From assembly GCA_043809315.1 (NCBI GenBank), contig JAZDDX010000024.1:1-64000 (forward strand): 64,000 bases of DNA. The letters are read 5' to 3'. How positions within the stretch are numbered: the first letter of the stretch is position 1; each line of letters starts with the position of its first letter. Source of the DNA: Pseudomonadota bacterium. GTDB lineage: Bacteria > Bdellovibrionota_G > JALEGL01 > DATDPG01. Under the pieces are notes generated by a model. It worked only from the letters and a program-made list of their open reading frames with translations. It was not told where the DNA came from and did not search any database. Positions 1 to 8,320 of the stretch are shown piece by piece. The translations under genes were made by a program, and so were the position numbers.

Positions 1-45
1 CTCATAACCCGAAGGTCATAGGTTCAAATCCTATCCCCGCTACCA
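1..45 (+). tRNA. 3' half of initiator tRNA-Met (CAT); 5' half lies outside the window
   Basis: Anticodon loop CTCATAA followed by CCC (initiator-type stem), T arm ATAGG-TTCAAAT-CCTAT, acceptor strand CCCCGCT-A-CCA. Confidence 0.88.
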
Positions 46-83
46 AAATTTCAAGGGGTTAGCTCGGCGAGAGCTAGCCCCTT
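1..83 (+). repeat. attL: left copy of an 83-bp direct repeat (tRNA 3' half plus terminator)
   Basis: Matches 12470-12552 with a single mismatch (A48 vs G12517). Confidence 0.95.
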
Positions 84-84
84 G
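52..84 (+). terminator. Hairpin terminator downstream of the tRNA, possibly bidirectional
   Basis: CAAGGGGTTAGCTC-GGCGA-GAGCTAGCCCCTTG, a 14-bp stem with one G:T pair. Confidence 0.75.
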
Positions 85-90
85 GTGCTT

Positions 91-110
91 TATCGCACAA
101 ATATCGCACA
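91..110 (+). promoter_or_regulatory. Putative integrase arm-type sites, left end (TATCGCACA x2, 11-bp period)
   Basis: The same tandem motif recurs just inside the right end at 12321-12339. Confidence 0.6.
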
Positions 111-138
111 GCGGAATCCTGACCATCGACGGGAATTC

Positions 139-2682
139 TCAGCCGTTCGGTGAAATTTTCGCTTGCCTCATGCGCCTCGTATCCCAACGTCGTTTTCCCG
201 CACATCGAGGACACCACTGCCCATGTTTGACGTTATCTGGCAGGGCCATCCATTCGTGTCCTTCTTTGCAGCGCCATTTCAGCCTGGTTCGAGCATTTAC
301 ATAGTCCGCTGAGAGACAGGCGCCTCCACGATCTGAGGCTACGGAGCGCATCTCCTCAATCGTTCCTTTTCTCCCCGAGCAAATTGGGCACCAAGTCTTA
401 CGCGCTAGTATGCTGGGAAGGGCTTCCCATTCGTGGTCCTTCTTGCATTTCCATCGGATATGCATGCCCGTCGTAACTTCGGTCGAGAGGCATTCCCCGG
501 CATGCGACGCCGCATAGTTTCGCAGCTGTTCAATGGAATACTTTCTGATTCGAAAGCCAAAGGCTTTCTGGCGACATGTTCTGCACCAGCTTCCGTTTCG
601 GATTGTCTGGGCCTTGCTGCTCCATTCGTGTCCTTGCTGACATCGCCAGCGCAGAATCGATTGCCCCGTCTCGACGTGTTCGGAGAGACATTCTCCCCCG
701 TGCCGTTGTGCAAGGGAGCGCATCTGGCCAATTGTGAGTCGCCCGCGTTTTTCCCAAATCTGCTGGATCCCACAGGTTGGGCACCAGGTTCCGTTCTTTA
801 CGTTCTGGGCCTTGGCCTTCCACACATGACCTAGCTGGCAACGCCACCTGAGCGGTGTTTCGAGAGTTTGCATCTTCTTGGAAAGGCAAAGGCCACCTCT
901 TTTCTTGGCGATCTCCTGCATGTCACGAATCCGATAGTGCGGACGGTTGTCCCATTGATGAATCCGCGCACAGGAGGGACACCACGAACCGGATTTGATC
1001 TTTTCGGGCGTTTGAGACCAGCGGTGACCATTTGCACATTCCCATTCAAGTTTAGTATCCGATCCGAGATACGCGTCAGACAAGCACCGACCGTCGTGCT
1101 GCCTGGCTATGTTCTCAAGTGTTTCGAAGTCGTTCGGAGAATATGCTCTCGATAGATCAACCTTTGGCAATCGGCGGGGCACTGCGAATCCGGCTTTTCT
1201 GGCTCGGGCCAAGATTGACAAGCCCAGGCGGCTCAGTGACAACCGTTGAAACAGGGTTGGTACGCGAAGAAGCACGATGTTTCTACGTGCGCAAAGTATT
1301 CGCTTAAACTGGTCGTCTTTCTTTCGTCGGCTCAGAGCGTCCGAAGTTCGTATGAAAGGAGTACGTGTGCTGTAGTGCTGTTCGCCCTGATATTCGAATG
1401 CAAGGCCGAGCGTTTCACTAAAACCATCAAGTTCCATCACGTTTCCGGCCGTATTCCTCAACCACTGAGGGCGCACCTTCGGAAAAGGTGTCTTGAAAAT
1501 CGTTTCAAAATGGGCGCGTACAATTCGCTCGCTGATTCCGGAGCTGCATTCCGGGCACCAGTTTCCTGCATGAGCTACCTGGCTGTACGTGGCTTGCCAA
1601 ACGTGGCCAAGACTGCATCTCCACGTGAGCGGCCTCTTTCTGTATGAATATTCCGTGGAAAGGCAGTCACCTCCCCGTGCGTTAGCGATTCTCCTGGCGT
1701 CTGCGATTGTCTTTCCCCGGCCGGCGCAGTACGGGCACCAACTCCCTTTTTTGACGTTGCTTAGTGAAGCGTTCCATCGATGGTTGGCCTCACACACCCA
1801 TTTCAGAGGATGAGCCACACTTCGCATGGATGTTGACAGGCACCTACCGTTTCGCTGGGCTGCAATCTTCCGAGCATCAGATATTGAATACCGCCTACGT
1901 TTGTCGGGTTGGGCTTCTAGTGCACACCGTTGGCACCAGTGTCCTTTGGCGACAGAATAACCAACAGCTCGCCACTGATGGCCCTTGGCGCAACGCCATC
2001 GAAGCTTGTGGCGTACCCCGTAGAAAGTTGGCGACAGACACTTCCCGCCTTTGTCCCGCGCGAGTTGTTGGAAGAATTCGATCGTCTTGTGTCGTCCGGC
2101 ACAGAAAGGACACCAACTACCGTTGCGGACACTTGAAGCAAGTGCGTCCCAGCGATGACCGAGCTTACATTGCCATTGATATTTCTCGGCTGATGGTAGC
2201 AGAGCGCGCGTCAAGCATCCTCCGCCCTTTTTCTTGGCGATCGAGTTGAGGTCGCCTAACGTGTATTTCCGGGCACGTGCAGCCGATACAGCGCGAGCAC
2301 AAGTGGGACACCAAGACCCGGCCTTAATGAGGGTTGGAGTGGTCTTCCATGTATGTCCTTTTGTGCATGCCCAGACGAGTTTCACATTCGTGCCGCGATA
2401 TGTTCTTGAAAGACATCGACCTCCTCGCTTCTTGGTCAATAATTGAATGTCCTCCAACGTCACCTTCCATCCGGAGCAGCGAGGGCACCAGGAGCCTCGC
2501 TTAACGTTAAATGCCACGCCTGCCCATTGGTGCCCCCTCGCACAGAGCCATCGGAGCTTGCTTCTTGCGCCGCGGTATTCAGACGAAAGGCATTTTCCGC
2601 CTCTTTTCCGAGCCAACCGCTTGAAATCTTCAATGCCGAGTTTTCGCGCCGAATTCTTTGGACGTTGACGCCTACGAATCAT
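139..2682 (-). CDS. Zinc-ribbon repeat protein (11 repeats) with a central PD-(D/E)XK/Vsr-like endonuclease domain
   Basis: Repeats of GxCLS...WxCxxGHxW...WCPxC, 6 before and 5 after the SERIVR...ELDGF...AFEYQGEQHY core. ATGA overlap with the integrase stop. Confidence 0.8.
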   Translation of the reverse strand: MIRRRQRPKNSARKLGIEDFKRLARKRGGKCLSSEYRGARSKLRWLCARGHQWAGVAFNVKRGSWCPRCSGWKVTLEDIQLLTKKRGGRCLSRTYRGTNVKLVWACTKGHTWKTTPTLIKAGSWCPTCARAVSAARARKYTLGDLNSIAKKKGGGCLTRALLPSAEKYQWQCKLGHRWDALASSVRNGSWCPFCAGRHKTIEFFQQLARDKGGKCLSPTFYGVRHKLRWRCAKGHQWRAVGYSVAKGHWCQRCALEAQPDKRRRYSISDARKIAAQRNGRCLSTSMRSVAHPLKWVCEANHRWNASLSNVKKGSWCPYCAGRGKTIADARRIANARGGDCLSTEYSYRKRPLTWRCSLGHVWQATYSQVAHAGNWCPECSSGISERIVRAHFETIFKTPFPKVRPQWLRNTAGNVMELDGFSETLGLAFEYQGEQHYSTRTPFIRTSDALSRRKKDDQFKRILCARRNIVLLRVPTLFQRLSLSRLGLSILARARKAGFAVPRRLPKVDLSRAYSPNDFETLENIARQHDGRCLSDAYLGSDTKLEWECANGHRWSQTPEKIKSGSWCPSCARIHQWDNRPHYRIRDMQEIAKKRGGLCLSKKMQTLETPLRWRCQLGHVWKAKAQNVKNGTWCPTCGIQQIWEKRGRLTIGQMRSLAQRHGGECLSEHVETGQSILRWRCQQGHEWSSKAQTIRNGSWCRTCRQKAFGFRIRKYSIEQLRNYAASHAGECLSTEVTTGMHIRWKCKKDHEWEALPSILARKTWCPICSGRKGTIEEMRSVASDRGGACLSADYVNARTRLKWRCKEGHEWMALPDNVKHGQWCPRCAGKRRWDTRRMRQAKISPNG

Positions 2683-3815
2683 CTTCCGTGCTCAATATCC
2701 TTGAAAGGCGGGGTCGCGTCGGACTGATACGGGACGGCAAGTCCTTGTCTGGCGAAAAATCTTAGTCTGTCGATTCCCCTCCTCAAGTGCTCGGGTGCTA
2801 GGTGAGCATAACGCTGGACCATTTGCAGATCCGAGTGCCCGAGAATCGCTTTGAGCGCGAGGAGGTCGCCCCCTTTCATGACGAAATGGGAGGCGAAGCT
2901 GTGTCTCAGATCGTGAAAGCGCATATGACGTTCGACGCCGGCGCGTCTAAGGGCGCCGTGAAACGCCTTTCGAACGTCATTCCGTTTCTGGACGCTCTTG
3001 TGCTTTGAAGGGAAGACATAGACGCCCGGTGATTGCATTGCCTCCGCAAGGTATGGATAGAGCGCGGTGCCGATCGGGATATGTCGAATCTTTCTCCCCT
3101 TGGTGGTTTGGCTCTCCTGACTCCCCACCTCCACCGTAATCGTGAGCCGTTCCAAGTCGACATGGGTCTTCTTGAGATTCAGCAGCTCCCCGAGGCGCAT
3201 CCCCGTGTAGACCGCGCAGGCGAAGAGAGAGCGATCGGCGGGCGTAGCGGCCTCCAAGAGGCCGACAATCTCCCCCTCGGATAGGAAATCGATACGCTTG
3301 GGTGGCTCGGGGAGCTTCCGGATCGCGGAACAGGGGTTGTTCTTCACGTGCCCCCAACGAATCCCGTCGTTCAGGATCTTTCGAAGAATCTCGATCTCTC
3401 GGTTGACGGTTGCCGGGATTGCCTTCCGCTTTGTCTTCTCGCATACGGCCTCCAGGCGTTTGACGATGAAGGTTTGAATCTCGGCCGTGGTGATCCGGTT
3501 GACGTCCGCGTCGCCGAAAATCGGAAGAAGATGGTGGCGAACGACCCCGATGTCCCTCTTGTGGCTCGAAGGGCTCTTGAAGAGCCGGGAGTGTTGTTCC
3601 AGCCACTTGGAGGAGAGGTCGGCGAAGGTCATCCTCCTTCGCCGGGGGAACATTTCCGGAAACTCGTCGCGGGACTTGCGGACCCGAAGCTCGGATTCGA
3701 ACTGTTCGGCGTCCCTGCGGCGGGGAAAGGTCTTCGAGTGCAGCTTACCGGCGACGTCCCGAAAACGGACGTCGTAAACCGTCCTGGAGGCGATTCTGCG
3801 GGCTGAAATCGACAT
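2679..3815 (-). CDS. int: Tyrosine recombinase/phage-type integrase
   Basis: TGMRLGEL, FHDLRHSFAS, LGHSDLQMVQRYAH motifs plus N-terminal arm-binding and SAM-like regions. Confidence 0.96.
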   Translation of the reverse strand: MSISARRIASRTVYDVRFRDVAGKLHSKTFPRRRDAEQFESELRVRKSRDEFPEMFPRRRRMTFADLSSKWLEQHSRLFKSPSSHKRDIGVVRHHLLPIFGDADVNRITTAEIQTFIVKRLEAVCEKTKRKAIPATVNREIEILRKILNDGIRWGHVKNNPCSAIRKLPEPPKRIDFLSEGEIVGLLEAATPADRSLFACAVYTGMRLGELLNLKKTHVDLERLTITVEVGSQESQTTKGRKIRHIPIGTALYPYLAEAMQSPGVYVFPSKHKSVQKRNDVRKAFHGALRRAGVERHMRFHDLRHSFASHFVMKGGDLLALKAILGHSDLQMVQRYAHLAPEHLRRGIDRLRFFARQGLAVPYQSDATPPFKDIEHGR

Positions 3816-4095
3816 CCTGACCTCCTTTCAAGGGGTCCGATTCGATCCCCTTTATCACGTTCGTCGGTTTTGTCTTGGCGCTCTCGCCGTTTTCCAACCA
3901 GGCCGAGATTGCGAGCGGGACGTACCGAACCAAGTGTCCGATTTTAATGAATGGAATCCGCTGCTGATGGCGCAGGTCCCGGATGAAGCTCTCTTTGACC
4001 TTCAGGATGCGGCAGACGTCCTCCGTGGTCAGTAGCTCCGGGACACATTCGCCCGGAATGCTGGGACTCGGAGCCTTCAGCTTTTGTAACGACAT
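3745..4095 (-). CDS. Excisionase-like HTH DNA-binding protein
   Basis: LLTTEDVCRILKV...IPFIKIGHLVRY pattern directly upstream of int. Start ATG 4095 preferred over 4182. Confidence 0.8.
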   Translation of the reverse strand: MSLQKLKAPSPSIPGECVPELLTTEDVCRILKVKESFIRDLRHQQRIPFIKIGHLVRYVPLAISAWLENGESAKTKPTNVIKGIESDPLKGGQDVDFSPQNRLQDGLRRPFSGRRR

Positions 4096-4165
4096 GAGAC
4101 GCCTGGTTGACAGACATAGAACGGTTTGACATGTATGACAAGCAAATAACAACGATGCGTAGAGC

Positions 4166-5188
4166 ATGATAGAAAAGCGCATACAGGTGACCGACCGGGA
4201 TCGGGAGATCGTTTCGCGGCTGTCCGAACTCCGGGTTTTGGAAAAACGTCAGATCGCCTGGCTGTTCTTTGATAACGAGGCCACCGCGGCCAACCGGCTG
4301 TGGGGTCTCGGACGGAACGAGTATCTCCGAAAGAGCCAGCCGTTCGGGGATGGGGGGCCGGCCTACTGGTCCGTGGGCCCCGCGGGAATCCGGGAGTTCG
4401 GTCTGTTCGGAGCCCGGTATGACTCGCCATACCTGGTCAGCCATCAGTTGGGTCTCAATTGGGTTTATTGCGGCCTGGCGGGGCGTAGAGAGCGCAATCG
4501 ACCTCAGTTTAGGTGGACCGACGGTCAGGCTGTGGAGCTTTCGGGCGGAGGGACGGTGATCCGCCCCGACGCCATCATCGACTCCAAGGACCGGTCGAAA
4601 ACCGTGCTTCTCGAATACGACAACGGGACGAAGGCGCTATTGCGGATTCGGGACAACCTCAAGCGGTACGCTCAGTGGAGCTGGTCCCTTCCGGGTGTTC
4701 CACATGTCCTGCTTTATTCGGTCAAGGAGCCGGGCAGGAGGGAGGCCATTGGAACCCTATGGCGGAGGATCTCGGCTCGGGGTTCGAAATTGTCCTTCTT
4801 GGCCGTCGGACCTGAGGCAGCTCCGTCCACGATCGCCCAGGTATTTGGGATCGATCTTACCGGTGATCTGTCCCAGCCAAGTCATCCCGCAACCGGGCCG
4901 GCGGTGCTCACGATCCTCAGAGATCTGTACGAGGCACTGGGTGTGATTGCCGAGACGCTTCGCTTGCCGGAGATCAAGGCCATGCGAAAAGCCGAAACGG
5001 TGCTTCGGAGGGCAGGACTTCTGGAGGTTCCGGAGGAGGCGAAAGGGCAGGAAGGAGACCAGGAGGGTGGGCAGGAAGAGACCCAGGTCGAGGGGGTTGG
5101 GGCAGATCAGCATTTCTTCCAACAATCTCCATCTGTTCCCCCCTCCACCGCCCGCCGACCACACCCACTCAACCAAGAGAGAGAATGA
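4166..5188 (+). CDS. Replication-relaxation (Replic_Relax) family protein
   Basis: TDRDREI N-terminal wHTH, HQLGLN, IRPDA, LEYDNGT...KRY motifs. Confidence 0.78.
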   Translation: MIEKRIQVTDRDREIVSRLSELRVLEKRQIAWLFFDNEATAANRLWGLGRNEYLRKSQPFGDGGPAYWSVGPAGIREFGLFGARYDSPYLVSHQLGLNWVYCGLAGRRERNRPQFRWTDGQAVELSGGGTVIRPDAIIDSKDRSKTVLLEYDNGTKALLRIRDNLKRYAQWSWSLPGVPHVLLYSVKEPGRREAIGTLWRRISARGSKLSFLAVGPEAAPSTIAQVFGIDLTGDLSQPSHPATGPAVLTILRDLYEALGVIAETLRLPEIKAMRKAETVLRRAGLLEVPEEAKGQEGDQEGGQEETQVEGVGADQHFFQQSPSVPPSTARRPHPLNQERE

Positions 5189-5350
5189 GAGAATAGTGGG
5201 TGTGGTCGGCTGGCGGTTCCGGGGTTCAAGGGAGGGGGAGGAGGGACAGGCCTTGGGGGACAGGGACTTTGCGGTCTTGGAGATCGGGTGATTTGATTTA
5301 TAATAGATAAATAATAACAAATAGTTAGATTGTGTTTTCTCATTTATATC

Positions 5351-5390
5351 AATTTTCCTATTGAGGAAAATATCAAAAAATAGGAAAATT
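5351..5390. promoter_or_regulatory. Inverted-repeat operator upstream of the AbiE-like pair
   Basis: AATTTTCCTATT (5351-5362) and AATAGGAAAATT (5379-5390) form a perfect 12-bp inverted repeat in an AT-rich intergenic region. Confidence 0.6.
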
Positions 5391-5395
5391 AGGTT

Positions 5396-6463
5396 GTGAA
5401 AGGAAAAAAACCATACCCGGGGAACATGGGGCGAGAGTTGCGTGACAAAGCGGATCTCTTTGAGCCACTCAAGATCACGATCCTGGAGGTGGAGCCTCGA
5501 GACAATCGTTCTCGGCGGCTCGATGCCAGGGTCCAGCTTACCTGGAACAACAAAACCCGGGACTTCGTTGCCGAGATGAAAGCAACGTCGGCGCCAAAGG
5601 TCGTTCAGGAGGGGATCCGTGCTCTCAAGCAAGCAACGTCGGCGGACGAGAACCGGCTTGTGGTGGTTCCTTACCTGTCGTGGGCCAACGCCGATGTCAT
5701 AAGATCCGAAGGAGTCAGCGCACTCGATCTCAACGGCAATTACTACATTCAGACTCCCGATCTCGTTGCAATCCGCCTCGACCAACCGAATCAGTACAAA
5801 CAGGCCCAGCCGATCAAGGCGGCGTATTCAGGAAATAGCTCCATGGTCGGGCGGCTATTCCTGATGGAAAACAAGACGTATGGTTCGGTCCAAGAGGTTT
5901 TCCGGGCCATCGAAACGCTGGGCGGTCGGGGCGGGGCCAAGCCGATCGTGATGTCCACGGTTTCGAAGGTCTTGAAGAGGCTCGAGGAGGATCTGATCAT
6001 CGAGAAGTCGAGGAAGAAGATCCGTCTGCTACAGGCAGGAAAGCTGCTCGATAACCTTCGGGATTCCTATAAGCCCCCAACGCTGACCGATAATGAATTG
6101 AATCTGAGGCTTCCGGAGGGAAAAAAGCCCTGGGGCCTCGGCTTCACGGGCATCTACGCCTTTACTGGGGAGAGCTCCGTTCAGATGTATGCCACAACTA
6201 CGGAGCCGCAAGTGTATTCGATGTATGTCGCGGACATCCCGTACCTTCTTCGTAGGTCTGACATCCGGAAATACGAGGATGCTCGGTTCCCGAATCTGAT
6301 CCTAAAAGAGACTCGCGATGCGTTTGTTTACTTCCGGGATGAGAGGTCAGATAGTGCGTGGGCTTCGGCCGTGCAGACCTATCTCGAGCTCTCCCAACTT
6401 GGTAAGAGAGAGAAAGAAATAGCGGAAGACGTGCGCAAGGGGATCCTAGAGCCATTCCTATGA
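5396..6463 (+). CDS. AbiEi-like type IV antitoxin/transcriptional regulator
   Basis: LDLNGNYYI segment, central wHTH (STVSKVLKRLEE), C-terminal SAVQTYLEL...REKE. ATGA overlap with the nucleotidyltransferase. Confidence 0.6.
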   Translation: MKGKKPYPGNMGRELRDKADLFEPLKITILEVEPRDNRSRRLDARVQLTWNNKTRDFVAEMKATSAPKVVQEGIRALKQATSADENRLVVVPYLSWANADVIRSEGVSALDLNGNYYIQTPDLVAIRLDQPNQYKQAQPIKAAYSGNSSMVGRLFLMENKTYGSVQEVFRAIETLGGRGGAKPIVMSTVSKVLKRLEEDLIIEKSRKKIRLLQAGKLLDNLRDSYKPPTLTDNELNLRLPEGKKPWGLGFTGIYAFTGESSVQMYATTTEPQVYSMYVADIPYLLRRSDIRKYEDARFPNLILKETRDAFVYFRDERSDSAWASAVQTYLELSQLGKREKEIAEDVRKGILEPFL

Positions 6464-7317
6464 ACGACGAACTGCTCGAAGAACTGCTGAAGGTCGAGGA
6501 AGACCTCGCGCGAAAGCGAATTCGGCTCGTCTTGGGCGGAGGGATGAGCCTTTATCTGCGACACCGCTATTTGCGCCGGGATCCAGAACGGCGCTATCCG
6601 ATCCAGATCGAAAGCCGATCGACGAACGATCTCGATTTCTATTTTACCGCGGACTTGATCGTGAACCGTCAGGCCGCGGAGGGAGTCAAGGAGTGTCTTT
6701 CGCGTCTGGGCTATTCCCTTCTTGCGAAGAACTTTCAGTTCGTCAAAGAGGTTCAGACGCAGGGCGGACCGCGTACGTTTAAAGTGGATCTTCTCGCCCA
6801 GCCACCGAAAGAGGGAGACTCCCCCCTGGTAGACGTGAAACCGCCGCGAATCAAACCGAAGGGAGCCAGGGGGATTCACGCCTATCTCACCGAAGAGGCC
6901 GAGGGGATCGACATCGGCATCGTCGAGGTGGACCTGAAACCGCTTTCCGATGGGAAAGTCTATCTTCCGTCCAGTTTCAACTACCTGATCATGAAACTTC
7001 ACGCCTTCAATGATCGGAAGGACCGGGAAGACGAAAAGAGCGATCGCGGACGGCACCACGCGCTCGACATCTTCGTCACCGTTTCCCGAATGAACGCCGA
7101 GGATTGGGAGATTGCGCGAAAGCATCTGGCGCGGGATCGCAGCCGGCCGTATCTCAAGGAGGCAGCGGAAATCCGGAAGGCTTGTTTTTCGCGTCCCACG
7201 GACGTCGGCTTGACCCGACTACGGGAGAACGAACTCTACCGGCGCGACCGGGAGACGCTCGACAATTACCTTCAGCCGTTTATCGAGGATCTTTCCGCAC
7301 TGTTTCCTGAAGAGTGA
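6460..7317 (+). CDS. AbiEii-like nucleotidyltransferase (type IV toxin)
   Basis: [11 protein letters not shown]...[24 protein letters not shown] motifs. Confidence 0.7.
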   Translation: MNDELLEELLKVEEDLARKRIRLVLGGGMSLYLRHRYLRRDPERRYPIQIESRSTNDLDFYFTADLIVNRQAAEGVKECLSRLGYSLLAKNFQFVKEVQTQGGPRTFKVDLLAQPPKEGDSPLVDVKPPRIKPKGARGIHAYLTEEAEGIDIGIVEVDLKPLSDGKVYLPSSFNYLIMKLHAFNDRKDREDEKSDRGRHHALDIFVTVSRMNAEDWEIARKHLARDRSRPYLKEAAEIRKACFSRPTDVGLTRLRENELYRRDRETLDNYLQPFIEDLSALFPEE

Positions 7318-7340
7318 GGACCCGAATCTCTGGGACCACG

Positions 7341-7541
7341 ATGACTACTAAACCGGAAATCTGGGTCCGCACCGATGTTGAAGCGGATGACTCGATTCCC
7401 GGTGTGAACTCGATGTTGAGCTTTGGGTCGGCGGCGTATTTGGTCGATAAGGCACTGGTCGGTACCTTCTCCGCCAACCTGGATAAGCTTCCAGAGGTCG
7501 TTGCTGATCCGAAAACGATGAAATGGACCAGGAAGAACCCG
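7341..7541 (+). pseudogene. N-terminal remnant of a DEDD 3'-5' exoribonuclease (Rv2179c-like)
   Basis: [28 protein letters not shown]...TFSANL...KTMKW, after which similarity is lost. Confidence 0.6.
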
Positions 7542-7561
7542 AGACTTAAAGGCCGAGAGAG

Positions 7562-8320
7562 ATGCCAAGAGCAAAGAACTTGCCTATCCGCCACATTTCG
7601 ACAATCTGGCTTTGGATTTCAGACGGGATGCCGGGCGACGACCAAGACGGACGCGACAGGAAGCGCAAGGCGGTTGTTTCATGGCTATGCAAGCAGAATG
7701 CCGAGCACCTATCAGAACTCTATCGCGCAGCAGTTGTCCTCTTTGACAACGAATCATTTCCTGGACGCTTCAGGCTAATTGCTCACGCGGTTCGCGAAAT
7801 AAGAAATCGGCTCCCAGACATTCTCTCGCAAGTCGAAAACTCAGAGCGGTTTGAGGTAAGCAAAAGAGTCAGCCACTTGGTAAAGACCTGGGACAATCTA
7901 CGGGTTTCTGAGCTGCCCACGAGCGATCCGGTCGCCGGTGACAACAATGGAGAAAAACCCGGTACGGTGGCAATCCCCACGCCAGTCTTTCAGGTTGCCG
8001 CCGCCCTTGTCGATGACTTTAGAAAAGTAACCAACAAAAAGGAGGAATCCGCGCGGCGATTATTTATGGCCCTAATTCCGCATACGGAACGCAACCGAGA
8101 GCTGATGGCTCCTGTGATTCGTCAGTGGGTAGATGTAACCGAATGGTTCGCGATTCGGGCGCACGAGACCGTTCGCGCTCACACGCAACCCAGCGAGGGG
8201 GACCTCAGGAGCAACTTCTTGGTGTTTGAGGACACTTTGATGAGCTTACAAAGCAATTTCTTTGAGAATCTAGGTGAGGTTAATGACATCCTGGAACAAG
8301 CCAACAGAACACGAAGTTAG
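7562..8320 (+). CDS. Hypothetical helical protein, possible HEPN-like nuclease
   Basis: [16 protein letters not shown] and WFAIRAHE motifs. Start is uncertain (could be ATG 7628). Confidence 0.5.
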   Translation: MPRAKNLPIRHISTIWLWISDGMPGDDQDGRDRKRKAVVSWLCKQNAEHLSELYRAAVVLFDNESFPGRFRLIAHAVREIRNRLPDILSQVENSERFEVSKRVSHLVKTWDNLRVSELPTSDPVAGDNNGEKPGTVAIPTPVFQVAAALVDDFRKVTNKKEESARRLFMALIPHTERNRELMAPVIRQWVDVTEWFAIRAHETVRAHTQPSEGDLRSNFLVFEDTLMSLQSNFFENLGEVNDILEQANRTRS

